64,000 bases of DNA from Candidatus Gottesmanbacteria bacterium (GCA_963714095.1 OY970230.1:70206-134205), one strand, 5' to 3'. Numbered from the stretch's first letter, positions 31,631 through 43,267 are shown. The notes: a model not told the origin generated them from the sequence alone. Made by a program: numbers and translations.

Positions 31631-32410
31631 CTATCGATATGTATTTATCAGATTTTTTAATTTCATCGCCTCGGCTTGTGGATTTTGGGAAAAAATGATA
31701 CTTCGTGAGGCGTTGATAATGGCGCCAGCTCCCGTACTATCAACGCCAACTTTTACTGTCTTTTCTATATCACCGCCTTGAGAACCGATTCCCGGAATTA
31801 ATATCGGCATGTCTTTGACTATACGTCGTACAATTTTAAGTTCCCTGGGGTAGGTAGCTCCTACCACAAGTGCGCAGTTATTATTAGTATTCCAATATTT
31901 TGACACATTTCCTGCGACTTTCTGGTAGAGATCGTCTTGAAATTCTCCAGCGCCCGGATTACTCGTACGGCAAAGAACAATACTTCCCTTCTCTTTTCTG
32001 TCTAAAAAGGGCTGTAGAGCTTCTCTGCCTAAATATGGGTGAAGCGTCACTGCGTCCACGCCCAAATAATCATAGGCAAATGAGACGTAGCCATTATTCG
32101 TATTTCCGATATCAGCGCGTTTTGCATCGAGAATGATGACAATATCGGGATGTGTTTTACGCAGATAGTCGCATGTCATTTTTAATTCCGCAATCCCCTT
32201 TTCACCGCGGGCCTCGTAAAAGGCACAATTGGGCTTGTAGGCGCAGACAAAATAATGTGTCGTGTCAATGACTGCCTTATTAAACGCGAATTGCGGGTAT
32301 TTACTTTTTCGACTACTGTGTGGAAGTTTACTATAGTCACTATCCAACCCGACACAAAGAAGTGAATTATGTTTCTTCATTATCGCTGATAGTTTTTTAT
32401 AGAACGTCAT
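31631..32410 (-). CDS. pyrF: Orotidine-5'-phosphate decarboxylase
   Basis: LCVGLD, YKPN, LDAKRADIGNT, RTSNPG, VVGAT, PGIGSQGG. Confidence 0.95.
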   Translation of the reverse strand: MTFYKKLSAIMKKHNSLLCVGLDSDYSKLPHSSRKSKYPQFAFNKAVIDTTHYFVCAYKPNCAFYEARGEKGIAELKMTCDYLRKTHPDIVIILDAKRADIGNTNNGYVSFAYDYLGVDAVTLHPYLGREALQPFLDRKEKGSIVLCRTSNPGAGEFQDDLYQKVAGNVSKYWNTNNNCALVVGATYPRELKIVRRIVKDMPILIPGIGSQGGDIEKTVKVGVDSTGAGAIINASRSIIFSQNPQAEAMKLKNLINTYR

Positions 32411-32414
32411 GGTA

Positions 32415-33146
32415 CTACGTAAGTAGTATATTTCCTGAAAAGACCGGACCGTCGACACATGCGAGTTTGCCGTTAATACTGCAGCTGCCGCAGAGCCCCA
32501 TACCACCGCACTTAAAGTGCCGCTCGACGCTTACCTGACAAAATATACCTTGATTGTGAGCCATTTGCGCTACTTTTTTCATCATTATTTCCGGTCCGCA
32601 GGTATACACGCTGTCTATTTTTTGTTCACGCACTATGGTCGCGGCTAAATCAGTTGAAAATCCCTTCCGTCCTGCAGTTCCGTCGTCAGTTGACACGAAT
32701 ACACGGCAACCGAGTGCTTTAAATCTTGAAAGAAACGGAAGATCCGATTTAGTTTTGGCGCCGATAACAACGCAAATATTTTTTCTGCTCGAGGCGGCAA
32801 ATGATTGTGCTAATAAATAGAGCGGCACAACGCCATATCCGCCACAGACAAGCAAAGGATATTTACCCTGTATCTGAAACGGCGAACCATATGGCCCTCG
32901 GAATGTCATAGTATCACCGACTTTTAACTGGTGAACTTTTTGGGTAAACGTGCCGACTTTCGCGATAGATAGCCGTAAGGGATCGTTGCTCACGACCCCG
33001 AACGGCTTTTCATTGATCCCAGGGATCCAGAGCATCACGTACTGACCGGGCTTCGCCTTTATCGCCGTATTCAGTGTAAACGTCCGTACTCGCGATGTTT
33101 CCTTTTTGATACCGATTATTTTTGCAGTCTGGTAACTAAATTTCAT
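32415..33146 (-). CDS. pyrK: Dihydroorotate dehydrogenase electron-transfer subunit
   Basis: PGQYVM, RGPYG, GGYG, CGPEIMM, CGGMGLCGSC...C [2Fe-2S]. Confidence 0.92.
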   Translation of the reverse strand: MKFSYQTAKIIGIKKETSRVRTFTLNTAIKAKPGQYVMLWIPGINEKPFGVVSNDPLRLSIAKVGTFTQKVHQLKVGDTMTFRGPYGSPFQIQGKYPLLVCGGYGVVPLYLLAQSFAASSRKNICVVIGAKTKSDLPFLSRFKALGCRVFVSTDDGTAGRKGFSTDLAATIVREQKIDSVYTCGPEIMMKKVAQMAHNQGIFCQVSVERHFKCGGMGLCGSCSINGKLACVDGPVFSGNILLT

Positions 33147-34065
33147 GTACTTTTCCTTTCAACTGGCTCAGCCGTTTGTATCCCCGGGCAATCATCCAAC
33201 CGATAATTTCCCTATTCACTTTAGAAAAAACCGAAATTCCTCTGTACTGAATGCCCGTTCCTATTTCAACCGCCACCGCTCCCGCCATAAACGCCTGAAT
33301 CGCATCCTCGCCAGTCATGATGCCGCCGGTTGCGATAATCGGTATTTTAATAGCTTTGTATAAATCCCAGATACACCGGATGGTAAGCGGTAAAATTGCC
33401 GGGCCGCTCATGCCACCGACGCCGAATGCTAAAATAGGTTTTGCCCGTTCTATATCTATTTTCATACCGGGTCCCGCGGTGTTTCCCATATTAATGACAT
33501 CGGCTCCCTCTGCTTCTGCAGCTTTGGCCACATCGGCAATTGCAGGAATCGAGGGCGAAAGTTTAACAAATAACGGCAATCTGGTTTTCTTACGTACGGC
33601 CCTGGTAATCCTGGCTGTAGCATCAGACGTTCCTTGACCTGCCAGAAGACCGAAACCGGGTGTATGCGGGCATGACAGGGCTAATTCGATAGCGGAGACA
33701 GGCGCTTCCTGAATTTTTTCCGCCAGCCGCGCAAACTCGTCAGCATCGCCTGCGACGATACTGCCGATAAGCGGCGCAGGGAATCTCCACTTCTTAAACT
33801 CCTCCACTCCCGCATCTATACCGACATTTGCATATCCAACGGCATTCATAAATCCACCGTTAAATTCAACCAGAATCGGGTTATTATGTCCTTGGCGGGG
33901 CAAACTCGTAAGCGACTTCATTGTTACCGCCGCTGCGCCTGCCTTTACGACACGGTACATCGTTGCACAGTCAAGACCAAGTAACCCTGATGCCAATATA
34001 GTGGGATTTGATAAATGAAGAGACCCAATTGTTACTGAAAGATCAATTTTTTTTGATTTGTTCAT
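33136..34065 (-). CDS. pyrD: Dihydroorotate dehydrogenase, class 1B catalytic subunit
   Basis: NPTILASG, LSCPH, VKLSP, GGMSG, TGGI. Confidence 0.93.
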   Translation of the reverse strand: MNKSKKIDLSVTIGSLHLSNPTILASGLLGLDCATMYRVVKAGAAAVTMKSLTSLPRQGHNNPILVEFNGGFMNAVGYANVGIDAGVEEFKKWRFPAPLIGSIVAGDADEFARLAEKIQEAPVSAIELALSCPHTPGFGLLAGQGTSDATARITRAVRKKTRLPLFVKLSPSIPAIADVAKAAEAEGADVINMGNTAGPGMKIDIERAKPILAFGVGGMSGPAILPLTIRCIWDLYKAIKIPIIATGGIMTGEDAIQAFMAGAVAVEIGTGIQYRGISVFSKVNREIIGWMIARGYKRLSQLKGKVHEI

Positions 34066-35080
34066 AGATAATGTTACCCCGCACGATAACTTTTTCTACT
34101 CTGCCAAATAGTTCCCAGCCGTCAAACGGGCTCCAGCCACACTTTGTTTGATAACCAAAATCTCCCATACGATACGGCTTTTGCGGATCAAGTTCAATAT
34201 GGGTATTCTTTTGATCCGGAATGTGAAAAATTTCTTTCGGATTTGTGTATATGAGTCGGATAATATCTCTTTCCGTAAGTTTCTTCTGCTGAACTGCAAG
34301 AAACAGAAGCCCAAGCGTTGTTTCAAGTCCTGGCACTCCTGATGGAGGAGTGCTCAATTGTTTTTCCTGCTTCGTATGCGGTGCATGGTCGCTTTCGATT
34401 ATATCTATCGTTCTGTCATAGAGACCTTCCCACAAATATTTTTGATGACGATCCGGATCCATAAGAGGCTTTACTGACCCATACGGGCCCAGTTTTTTTA
34501 AATTGTTGGCGGATAAAAATAGATGGTGCGGTGTAACTCCCGCGGTGACTCGTTGTTTTTTCGCTTTTGCGAGACGTATAAGATCCACTTCAGAGGTTTG
34601 GGAAATATGGCAGACATGCAGTCGTCTTCCGTAAAATTGCGCAAGTGCAATTGCCCCGGCCAGATACATACCCTCAGCGTGAACGAGAATTGGTTTTTCA
34701 GACTTCCAAGCTGCAAAAATAGATTCCAATAATCCCAAATCTTCTATAAGAAGCTCGCCCGTTGTATGGTTACAATAAATTTTAAGTCCAAAAACCCGCG
34801 GGTTCTTAATGGCGACAGGAAACTCCTGAAGGTTATATCCATTTGTACCAAAGTGAAAACCAACATCGCAAACGGCGTTTTTCTTAGCACGTGCAATCTT
34901 TTCTTCCAACCGTTCTGCGGTAAATGTTTGCGGCTGGTTATTCGGCATGTCACAGATAAATGTAAAACCACCGGAAATAGCTGCCATCGTGCCGGTCCGG
35001 AAATTCTCCTTTTGTATTGAACCCGGATCACGGAGGTGCACATGTACATCGATAAAACCCGGATATTGTTTCAAAACCAT
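34043..35080 (-). CDS. pyrC: Dihydroorotase
   Basis: PGFIDVHVHLRDPG, DMPN, HAE, HIS, SDHAPH, GVPGLET. Confidence 0.93.
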   Translation of the reverse strand: MVLKQYPGFIDVHVHLRDPGSIQKENFRTGTMAAISGGFTFICDMPNNQPQTFTAERLEEKIARAKKNAVCDVGFHFGTNGYNLQEFPVAIKNPRVFGLKIYCNHTTGELLIEDLGLLESIFAAWKSEKPILVHAEGMYLAGAIALAQFYGRRLHVCHISQTSEVDLIRLAKAKKQRVTAGVTPHHLFLSANNLKKLGPYGSVKPLMDPDRHQKYLWEGLYDRTIDIIESDHAPHTKQEKQLSTPPSGVPGLETTLGLLFLAVQQKKLTERDIIRLIYTNPKEIFHIPDQKNTHIELDPQKPYRMGDFGYQTKCGWSPFDGWELFGRVEKVIVRGNIIYEQIKKN

Positions 35081-35084
35081 ACGT

Positions 35085-36023
35085 TTATCGGCGTAACACG
35101 AGCCGCAATAGTGCCATGCGCACATACATGCCGTTGCTCATCTGATCCTTTATATATACCGCACGTGGATCCCTATCCACGTCCTCAGTAATTTCCCCCA
35201 CCCGAGGCAATGGGTGCATGACGATCATGGACTTTTTGGCAAGTTTAAGCACCTGTGGCGTAATGATGTAATAGTGCTTCAGTTGTTCATACAGATTCAG
35301 GTCGCTGAAGCGCTCTTTTTGTATACGCGTCACGTAAAGGACATCTGAGGACCTCAGTACACCATCCAATTTTTCATATTCACGGACTTTAACTCCCCGC
35401 TTTTTCACAAGCGCGGCAATTGATTCCGGAAGCCTGAGAATTTTCGGAGAAACGAGATTAATGGTTACACCCCGATAGAGAGAAAGCAATTTAATAAGAG
35501 AATGAATCGTGCGACCATTTAACAGGTCTCCTACCATAGTAACGGTAAGCTGATCCACATGTCCGCATCGTTCCTCAATGGTAAAATAATCCAAAAGTGA
35601 CTGCGTGGGGTGCTCACCAACCCCGTCTCCTGCATTTATCAACGGTACGGGTGATGCAGCTGCTGCTATTTTAGCGGATCCCACTTCAGGATGTCGCATA
35701 ACAATAAGATCACTATAACAGGAAAATGTCCTGACCGTGTCCGAAAGTGTCTCACCTTTTGATACGGACGAATAAACCACCCCCTGCAAGGGAATAAACC
35801 CTCCACCCAACCGTTGTATCGATGTTATAAATGATGCAAACGTGCGGCTGGACGGTTCATAAAAAAGTGCTGTCATTACTTTGCCTTTAAGGATATCTGT
35901 CGCACCTTCCTTTTTAACAAGTGATTTCATCTCGCGCGCAACGTCCACAACAATTTTAAGATTTTCTTTAGTGAACTGCTCAGAACTTAATATATCCTGT
36001 CCAAAAAACGGATTTTTCACCAT
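35085..36023 (-). CDS. pyrB: Aspartate carbamoyltransferase
   Basis: FYEPSSRT, KGETL, NAGDGVGEHPTQ, TRIQKERF, HPLPR. Confidence 0.96.
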   Translation of the reverse strand: MVKNPFFGQDILSSEQFTKENLKIVVDVAREMKSLVKKEGATDILKGKVMTALFYEPSSRTFASFITSIQRLGGGFIPLQGVVYSSVSKGETLSDTVRTFSCYSDLIVMRHPEVGSAKIAAAASPVPLINAGDGVGEHPTQSLLDYFTIEERCGHVDQLTVTMVGDLLNGRTIHSLIKLLSLYRGVTINLVSPKILRLPESIAALVKKRGVKVREYEKLDGVLRSSDVLYVTRIQKERFSDLNLYEQLKHYYIITPQVLKLAKKSMIVMHPLPRVGEITEDVDRDPRAVYIKDQMSNGMYVRMALLRLVLRR

Positions 36024-36060
36024 ATTTCTCCTTTTTTTAAATGTTTTTATAGTATAAATC

Positions 36061-37044
36061 TCAACGCCCGCCCATCGTAAGAGCAAGTATTGCTTTCTGT
36101 ACATGTAATCGGTTTTCCGCTTGGTCGTAGACTACCGATTGCGGACCGTCTATAACCCCATCCGTCACTTCAACACCGCGGTCAGCCGGCAAACAGTGCA
36201 TATATATAGCGTCTTTTTTGGCAAGTTTCATCATACGTTCGTTGCAAATCCAATCTTTGTATTTCGCTGAGATTTTCGTCGATTGCTTAGGATCGCTCGT
36301 CCATACAAGCGGCCCCCAGCTTTTTGGGTACACCACATCTGCATCTTTGAATGCCTCTTTCATATTATGAGTGACGGAAATTGATCCTCCGGACTCCTCA
36401 GTATTTGAACGTGCCAGCTTCATCACCTTGTCCATCAGCATAAATTCTTTGGGGTATGCAAGCGTAATATCAGCTCCAAATTTTGTAAGGAGCAGTAAAA
36501 ACGACTGCGGCACTGAAATGGGTTTCGTATATGATGAAGCATATGCCCAAGACATGACAATTTTTCTTTTAACCAGCGTCTTTTTCTTCTCAAATATCGT
36601 CATGAGATCTGCCATCGCCTGGAACGGATGATGGATATCACACTGCATGTTGAAAACTGGGACAGTAGAATATTTAGCAACTTCACGAATATATGCATTC
36701 CCTTCTTTCCAATCACAGTGACGTATTGCAAGGCCATGTCCATAACATGAAAGAATTTTTCCTATTTCTTTCGGTGTATCCCCATGAAGAATCTGGAGCT
36801 TATCTGACGGCAAATCATGTGCGTTGCCTCCGAGATGGTCCATTGCGGCTTCGAAACTGGTTCTCGTTCTTGTTGAACTAAAAAAGAATAAAAGAAAGAG
36901 CGTCTGATGAAGTAAATACGGCGTTGGTTCTTTCAAAAGAAATTTACGTTTAAGATCCACTGCAACATCAAGCGCCGTTTCAAGCTCTTCCCGTGACCAA
37001 TCCTGCTCAGAGATAAAATCCCGGCCAAAAAGTTGTGTTTTCAA
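36061..37044 (-). CDS. YgeW-like (knotted) carbamoyltransferase, substrate unknown
   Basis: FSSTRT, NMQCDIHHP, SWAYASSYTKPISVPQ, YPKSW, HCLPAD; no SMG loop; TTG start with SD. Confidence 0.75.
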   Translation of the reverse strand: MKTQLFGRDFISEQDWSREELETALDVAVDLKRKFLLKEPTPYLLHQTLFLLFFFSSTRTRTSFEAAMDHLGGNAHDLPSDKLQILHGDTPKEIGKILSCYGHGLAIRHCDWKEGNAYIREVAKYSTVPVFNMQCDIHHPFQAMADLMTIFEKKKTLVKRKIVMSWAYASSYTKPISVPQSFLLLLTKFGADITLAYPKEFMLMDKVMKLARSNTEESGGSISVTHNMKEAFKDADVVYPKSWGPLVWTSDPKQSTKISAKYKDWICNERMMKLAKKDAIYMHCLPADRGVEVTDGVIDGPQSVVYDQAENRLHVQKAILALTMGGR

Positions 37045-37985
37045 CTAATACTCCTTCCGCCACTTTGGCGTGCCAAATAGACCATAATTCCTTTTTGTGC
37101 ATGTAGCCTATTTTCCGCCTGATCGAAAATGATGGATTGCGGGCCATCGATAACACTCTGCGCCACCTCATTCCCGCGATATGCAGGCATGTCGTGCATA
37201 AAGACTGCGTCACGTTTGGCAAATTTCATGAGCTCAGGAGTAACCTGAAACCCGCGGAACGTACGTAGACGTTTTTCTTTTTCCGCTTCATCGCCCATGC
37301 TTATCCATGTGTCTGTGTAGACGACATCAACGCCTGCGACCGCCTCTTGCGGATTAGAAAATTCACGGACTTGCCCATGGGACTTTTTTGCAAACCGGTT
37401 TGCTTCCGCAGCAATATCGCGGTTCATGGCAAATCCTTTAGGGTTGGCCACGCGGAAATCCATCCCCAACATGCCTGCTGCAATCGCAAGTGAATGAGTT
37501 ACGTTATTCTCGCCGTCTCCAACAAAAGCGACAGAAAGACCTTTCAACCGTCCTTTATGTTCAAGCATGGTCAACAGATCAGCGGTAACCTGACAGGGAT
37601 GCTCAAGATCAGACAATGCGTTAATAACGGGGACTGAAGAATATTTTGCGAGCTCTTCCAATGTTGCATGTTCAAATACCCTTGCCATGATGATATCTAC
37701 ATACCTCGAAAGTGTTGCTGCGATATCTGCTACTGACTCACGTTTCCCCATCTGAATATCATTGGGCCCCAAGTATATCGCGTGGCCGCCAAGCTGGGTC
37801 ATACCCGTTTCAAAAGACACACGAGTTCTAAGAGACGGTTTTTCAAATATCATGGCGAGCGTTTTATCTTTAAAAATATGGTTATTCCCTTTCCGCATTT
37901 GATCTTTTTTTAACCGTACAGAGAGCGCGAGTACTTGAGTAAGCTCTGTCGGCGTTAAATTTGACATTCGCAAAAAATATTTCAT
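37041..37985 (-). CDS. argF: Ornithine carbamoyltransferase
   Basis: FEKPSLRT, HPCQ, YTDTWISMG; HDMP in place of HCLP. Confidence 0.88.
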   Translation of the reverse strand: MKYFLRMSNLTPTELTQVLALSVRLKKDQMRKGNNHIFKDKTLAMIFEKPSLRTRVSFETGMTQLGGHAIYLGPNDIQMGKRESVADIAATLSRYVDIIMARVFEHATLEELAKYSSVPVINALSDLEHPCQVTADLLTMLEHKGRLKGLSVAFVGDGENNVTHSLAIAAGMLGMDFRVANPKGFAMNRDIAAEANRFAKKSHGQVREFSNPQEAVAGVDVVYTDTWISMGDEAEKEKRLRTFRGFQVTPELMKFAKRDAVFMHDMPAYRGNEVAQSVIDGPQSIIFDQAENRLHAQKGIMVYLARQSGGRSIS

Positions 37986-38000
37986 ACGTTTCCTTTCTTC

Positions 38001-38023
38001 AAAAAAAGGAGCCTCACGGCTCC
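38001..38023 (-). terminator. Intrinsic terminator/attenuator just upstream of argF
   Basis: GGAGCC-GTGA-GGCTCC followed by T7. Confidence 0.8.
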
Positions 38024-38091
38024 AATAGTACCTTTCCTTTAAAAATATTTGTTGGCTGAAACGAAAAATCCCAGGTATTCATCTTATTCAT
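38014..38091 (-). CDS. Putative 25-aa leader peptide whose stop codon lies in the terminator loop
   Basis: MNKMNTWDFSFQPTNIFKGKVLLEP*, between promoter and terminator. Confidence 0.45.
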   Translation of the reverse strand: MNKMNTWDFSFQPTNIFKGKVLLEP

Positions 38092-38116
38092 CTCTTGTAT
38101 ACGTCCCTGGGTTTAT

Positions 38117-38146
38117 AGTCTACTCATTTCATGATAAATGTGTCAA
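38117..38146 (-). promoter_or_regulatory. Sigma70-type promoter for the argF-pyr operon
   Basis: TTGACA (38146-41), 18 nt, TAGACT (38122-17). Confidence 0.55.
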
Positions 38147-38568
38147 GAGACAATTTGCGGAGGCTGATGTCTCCGATGAAAAACTTTTAATTCCAAAACT
38201 GAACGCCGAAGTAGCGATTGGGCGGTTGAAAGTTCAACGCCGGTAACGTGTTTTGCGAGCGCTTCTTTCGCCGTAGCCTGGGCTTTCTTAATTTCTGCTT
38301 CATTAAGCTCATGCGCATGATATGCACTCGTAACCAAAATGGTAACACCAGTTTTGGTTACTTCCATAAACCCGCTGCCGATGGCGAGAAAATATTCTTT
38401 TGAGCCTGAGGTAATTTTTATTTCGCCCTCGCTAAGCGCGCTAAAGAGCGGCTCGTGAAGTGCCAAAACGCCGACCATACCGTTGGCTGTCGGGGCCATC
38501 ACTGAATCCACTTCTTCGGAGAAAGCCTGCCGTTGCGGTGTTATAATTTCCAGTTTAAAAGATTTCAT
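38143..38568 (-). CDS. atpC: ATP synthase F1 epsilon
   Basis: LEIITP, GVLALHEP, operon position. Confidence 0.93.
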   Translation of the reverse strand: MKSFKLEIITPQRQAFSEEVDSVMAPTANGMVGVLALHEPLFSALSEGEIKITSGSKEYFLAIGSGFMEVTKTGVTILVTSAYHAHELNEAEIKKAQATAKEALAKHVTGVELSTAQSLLRRSVLELKVFHRRHQPPQIVS

Positions 38569-38607
38569 GGTAGGTCTTTCGTAAAACTCAGGATAAAATA
38601 ATAAGAA

Positions 38608-40041
<1,434 letters not shown>

Positions 40042-40893
40042 TTATTCCGTTGCAAGCCTTGCCGTTACGATATCGGATATTTCATAGGTAATTTTTTCCT
40101 GTCTGGCTTTATTGTAGAGAAGCGTCAAATCATCTACAAACGAGAGCGCATTGTCCGTGGCATTTCTCATTGCAACCATGCGCGCACTGTGTTCACTCGC
40201 GTCCGCCTGAAGGACGGCATCCCGCACCTGATTCTCAAGATAGTGGGGTAACAGTGCTTCAAAAACTTCTGAAACACTTGGTTCAATAAGAAAATCCGGC
40301 CCTGCGGCCTCTTCCGGCAGTCCGTTTAACGTCAGAGGCAATAGAATTTTTTTCCGCGGAATTTGTTTTAATGCTGAAACGAATTCGTTGTAGACAATAT
40401 CAACGCCGGTGATGCTTCCGGACAAAAACGCCTCGCTTAACAGTTGGGTTATGGGAGGTACGCTGTCAACAAACGGAATGTTGTCGGAAAAATCCGCTTT
40501 CAGCGCTCCGTGCATTTGAGTCACGAAATTGGTTCCTTTTTTACCAAGCGTTACAAACTCAAGGTTATCAAATGACGGATACTCTTTTATCATGGAACGG
40601 AACAGCGTAATGTTCAGCCCGCCGCATAACCCTTTATTGGTAGAAATAAGGATCACCAGCCGTTTCTTTGAATCCGTGAGAGGGGGCCGCAGAAGCGGGT
40701 GGTTGGTTATATCCGTGCGGGCAGCCAACCGAAAAACCATGCCCCGTATTTTTTGTGCGTAGAGTTTCCCAGATAGTGCAGCGGCTTGGGCCTTGCGCAT
40801 TTTGGAGGCAGACACAAGTTCCATTGCCTTGGTTATTTTAGCTATATTGGTTGCGGATTTAATACGGTTTTTGATAAGACGGATATTTGCCAT
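40042..40893 (-). CDS. atpG: ATP synthase F1 gamma
   Basis: KITKAMELVSASK, KGLCGG, RMVAMRNATDN, RQEKIT. Confidence 0.97.
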   Translation of the reverse strand: MANIRLIKNRIKSATNIAKITKAMELVSASKMRKAQAAALSGKLYAQKIRGMVFRLAARTDITNHPLLRPPLTDSKKRLVILISTNKGLCGGLNITLFRSMIKEYPSFDNLEFVTLGKKGTNFVTQMHGALKADFSDNIPFVDSVPPITQLLSEAFLSGSITGVDIVYNEFVSALKQIPRKKILLPLTLNGLPEEAAGPDFLIEPSVSEVFEALLPHYLENQVRDAVLQADASEHSARMVAMRNATDNALSFVDDLTLLYNKARQEKITYEISDIVTARLATE

Positions 40894-40895
40894 AG

Positions 40896-42404
40896 TTATT
40901 TGAATCCCTTTTTAAAATCTGCAACTGCTTCCTTGAGCTTCGATTCTATTTCCGGCGTCATCACTTTTTCTTTGGCAATGGCGGAAAGGGTTTTTTTGTA
41001 CCGGGATGTCAGGAGCTCCAAAAAGCCTTTTTCAAACTCTCCGACTTTGGAAACGGCAATATCATCAAGATACCCGTTGGTGCCTGCCCAGATGCTTGCA
41101 ATCTGCTCTTCTACCGGCATCGGTACAAATAGTCCCTGTTTCAGGAGTTCCATCATGCGTGCACCGCGCTCGATTTGTTTTTTTGTGACCTCGTCAACAT
41201 CGGAGCTAAATTGCGCAAACGCAGCAAGCGACCGGTACTGAGCCAGGTCCAGCTTCAGCGTACCCGCAACTTTCTTCATGGCTTTAATCTGTGCCTCGCC
41301 TCCGACACGGGAAACGGAAATACCCACGTTAATGGCCGGCCGCTGCCCCGCGTTAAAAAGATCCGACTCCAAAAAAAGCTGACCGTCGGTAATGGAAATA
41401 ACGTTCGTCGGAATATACGCGGACATATCGTTCGCCTGTGTTTCGATGATCGGAAGCGCGGTCAAGGACCCGCCACCATGCTTTTCATCGAGCCGGCACG
41501 CACGCTCTAAAAGTCTACTATGAAGATAGAATACGTCTCCCGGGTATGCCTCGCGGCCGCTTGGACGGCGCAGAATAAGGGAAATTTGGCGGTATGCCCA
41601 TGCGTGCTTACTTAAATCATCGTAAATAATGAGTGCGTCCCGCCCCTTATCCATGAAATATTCACCCATTGCGCACCCTGCGTACGGCGCAAGATACTGA
41701 TACGCCGCGGAGTCACTGGCGGAGGCCGACACAACAATGGTATGCTCAAGAGCCCCGTATTTTGTCAGATCCCGTATGACCTGTGCGATACGGGATGTTT
41801 TCTGACCGATTGCGACATAAATACATACGACGTTTTCTTTTTTCTGATTAATAATCGTATCCACAACAATGGATGTTTTTCCCGTATTGCGGTCACCGAT
41901 AATAAGTTCCCGCTGCCCGCGGCCGATGGGAATCATTGCGTCAATGGCTTTAATACCGGTCTGAATCGGCGTTTTGACGCTTCGGCGGCTGGTAACCGAA
42001 GGCGCAACTTTCTCAATAGGATACATGGTCTTTGCTTTAACCGACGCACCTCCGTCAAGGGGCTCTCCGATCGGATTTACGACCCTTCCTAAAAACGAGT
42101 CACCGACCGGCATGGACAGAAGCTGTCCTGTTGCAGTAACCTCATCACCCTCCTTAATGGAAAGATAGTCACCCAGGACAATGACGCCCACGACACCCTC
42201 TTCCAGGTTTATGGCGAGTCCCGCAACCCCGCTTTCAAACTGAACGCGCTCCATGAGGCCCACCTGCGGTAAACCCGATACGCGCGCCACTCCATCTGCC
42301 GCTGAAATGACGTACCCGACCCGCTGGGCGCGGACTCCGGGCTCGTACGCTTCTATTTTTTTAACCAGTTCAGCTGCAATGTCTTTGGTATAATCGTTTT
42401 TCAT
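40896..42404 (-). CDS. atpA: ATP synthase F1 alpha
   Basis: [27 protein letters not shown]. Confidence 0.98.
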   Translation of the reverse strand: MKNDYTKDIAAELVKKIEAYEPGVRAQRVGYVISAADGVARVSGLPQVGLMERVQFESGVAGLAINLEEGVVGVIVLGDYLSIKEGDEVTATGQLLSMPVGDSFLGRVVNPIGEPLDGGASVKAKTMYPIEKVAPSVTSRRSVKTPIQTGIKAIDAMIPIGRGQRELIIGDRNTGKTSIVVDTIINQKKENVVCIYVAIGQKTSRIAQVIRDLTKYGALEHTIVVSASASDSAAYQYLAPYAGCAMGEYFMDKGRDALIIYDDLSKHAWAYRQISLILRRPSGREAYPGDVFYLHSRLLERACRLDEKHGGGSLTALPIIETQANDMSAYIPTNVISITDGQLFLESDLFNAGQRPAINVGISVSRVGGEAQIKAMKKVAGTLKLDLAQYRSLAAFAQFSSDVDEVTKKQIERGARMMELLKQGLFVPMPVEEQIASIWAGTNGYLDDIAVSKVGEFEKGFLELLTSRYKKTLSAIAKEKVMTPEIESKLKEAVADFKKGFK

Positions 42405-42754
42405 AGAAAAAGAGATTGCGCAATATCTCTAAGTTGGGTTGTTAGGCTTGAATCAACAATCCAGTCTGCAACCTGGACTTTTAATCCTCCGACTAACGAT
42501 TCGTCGATAGTATAATGACACTGAACCGTGTGCCCTAAAAACCGGCCGAGAACATCTTCGATCCTTTTTTTCTCAGTGCTCAGCATGGGAACGGCACTGG
42601 TAACAAGCGCGTTCTGCTCCCTTTTTGCCGACGCAGTGACTTTGCTTAAAAGCGACTGCACCTTAGGCACGGCCGTCTTTACGCGCTCGTCGCCGGTTAC
42701 ATACGAGGCGACTTCTTCAATAAATCCCCGTTCGTCTTTTGAAAGGGTTTTCAT
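42401..42754 (-). CDS. atpH: ATP synthase delta (short form)
   Basis: [28 protein letters not shown]. Confidence 0.85.
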   Translation of the reverse strand: MKTLSKDERGFIEEVASYVTGDERVKTAVPKVQSLLSKVTASAKREQNALVTSAVPMLSTEKKRIEDVLGRFLGHTVQCHYTIDESLVGGLKVQVADWIVDSSLTTQLRDIAQSLFL

Positions 42755-43248
42755 ACACGCACCTTTTCCAGATCCGTCAAATGTTTTTGTATAAGCTTAT
42801 GCTGGTCGGCAGACGTCAGTACCTGCGACAACAACTGTTTTGTCATCGCCTCCGCAAGACCGACCGCAGCACTGCGCACGTCCTTCTCCATATCCGCTCG
42901 AAGCGTAAGAACGTCATCTTTTCCTTTTGCTACAATCCCTCCAGCCTGCACATGGGCAGCCTCAACGATGTCATGAGCCTGGGCATCGGCTTCCTTTTTG
43001 CCTGCCCCTACAATTCCCTTTGCTTCACGCCTGGCATCCTCCAGCACTTTTTCTTTGCGGACGTTCAGTTTCTCCTCTTCAGCCCGCATTTTTTCGGTCA
43101 ATGCAAGGCCAGCCGCAATCTCTTTCTTCCGTTTTTCCAGCATGCCGACAATCGGCTTATACAAAAGCTTCGAAAGCACGAAAAATATGATGAGAAAATT
43201 GACTATTTGAGCCAAAAGTAAATTCGGCTCGATACCTAACTGCTCCAT
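42751..43248 (-). CDS. atpF: ATP synthase Fo subunit b
   Basis: AQIVNFLI, YKPI...LEKRK, coiled coil. Confidence 0.93.
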   Translation of the reverse strand: MEQLGIEPNLLLAQIVNFLIIFFVLSKLLYKPIVGMLEKRKKEIAAGLALTEKMRAEEEKLNVRKEKVLEDARREAKGIVGAGKKEADAQAHDIVEAAHVQAGGIVAKGKDDVLTLRADMEKDVRSAAVGLAEAMTKQLLSQVLTSADQHKLIQKHLTDLEKVRV

Positions 43249-43267
43249 AACAATATCCTTTCACCCG

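Noticed and set aside
38008-38023. PyrR-binding loop
   Set aside because: Resembles ARUCCNGNGAGGYU but forms a GNRA tetraloop followed by T7, and no pyrR is in the window.
42401-42754. Short atpH as a pseudogene
   Set aside because: Clean ATGA coupling on both sides and an intact C-terminal domain; treated as a naturally short delta.
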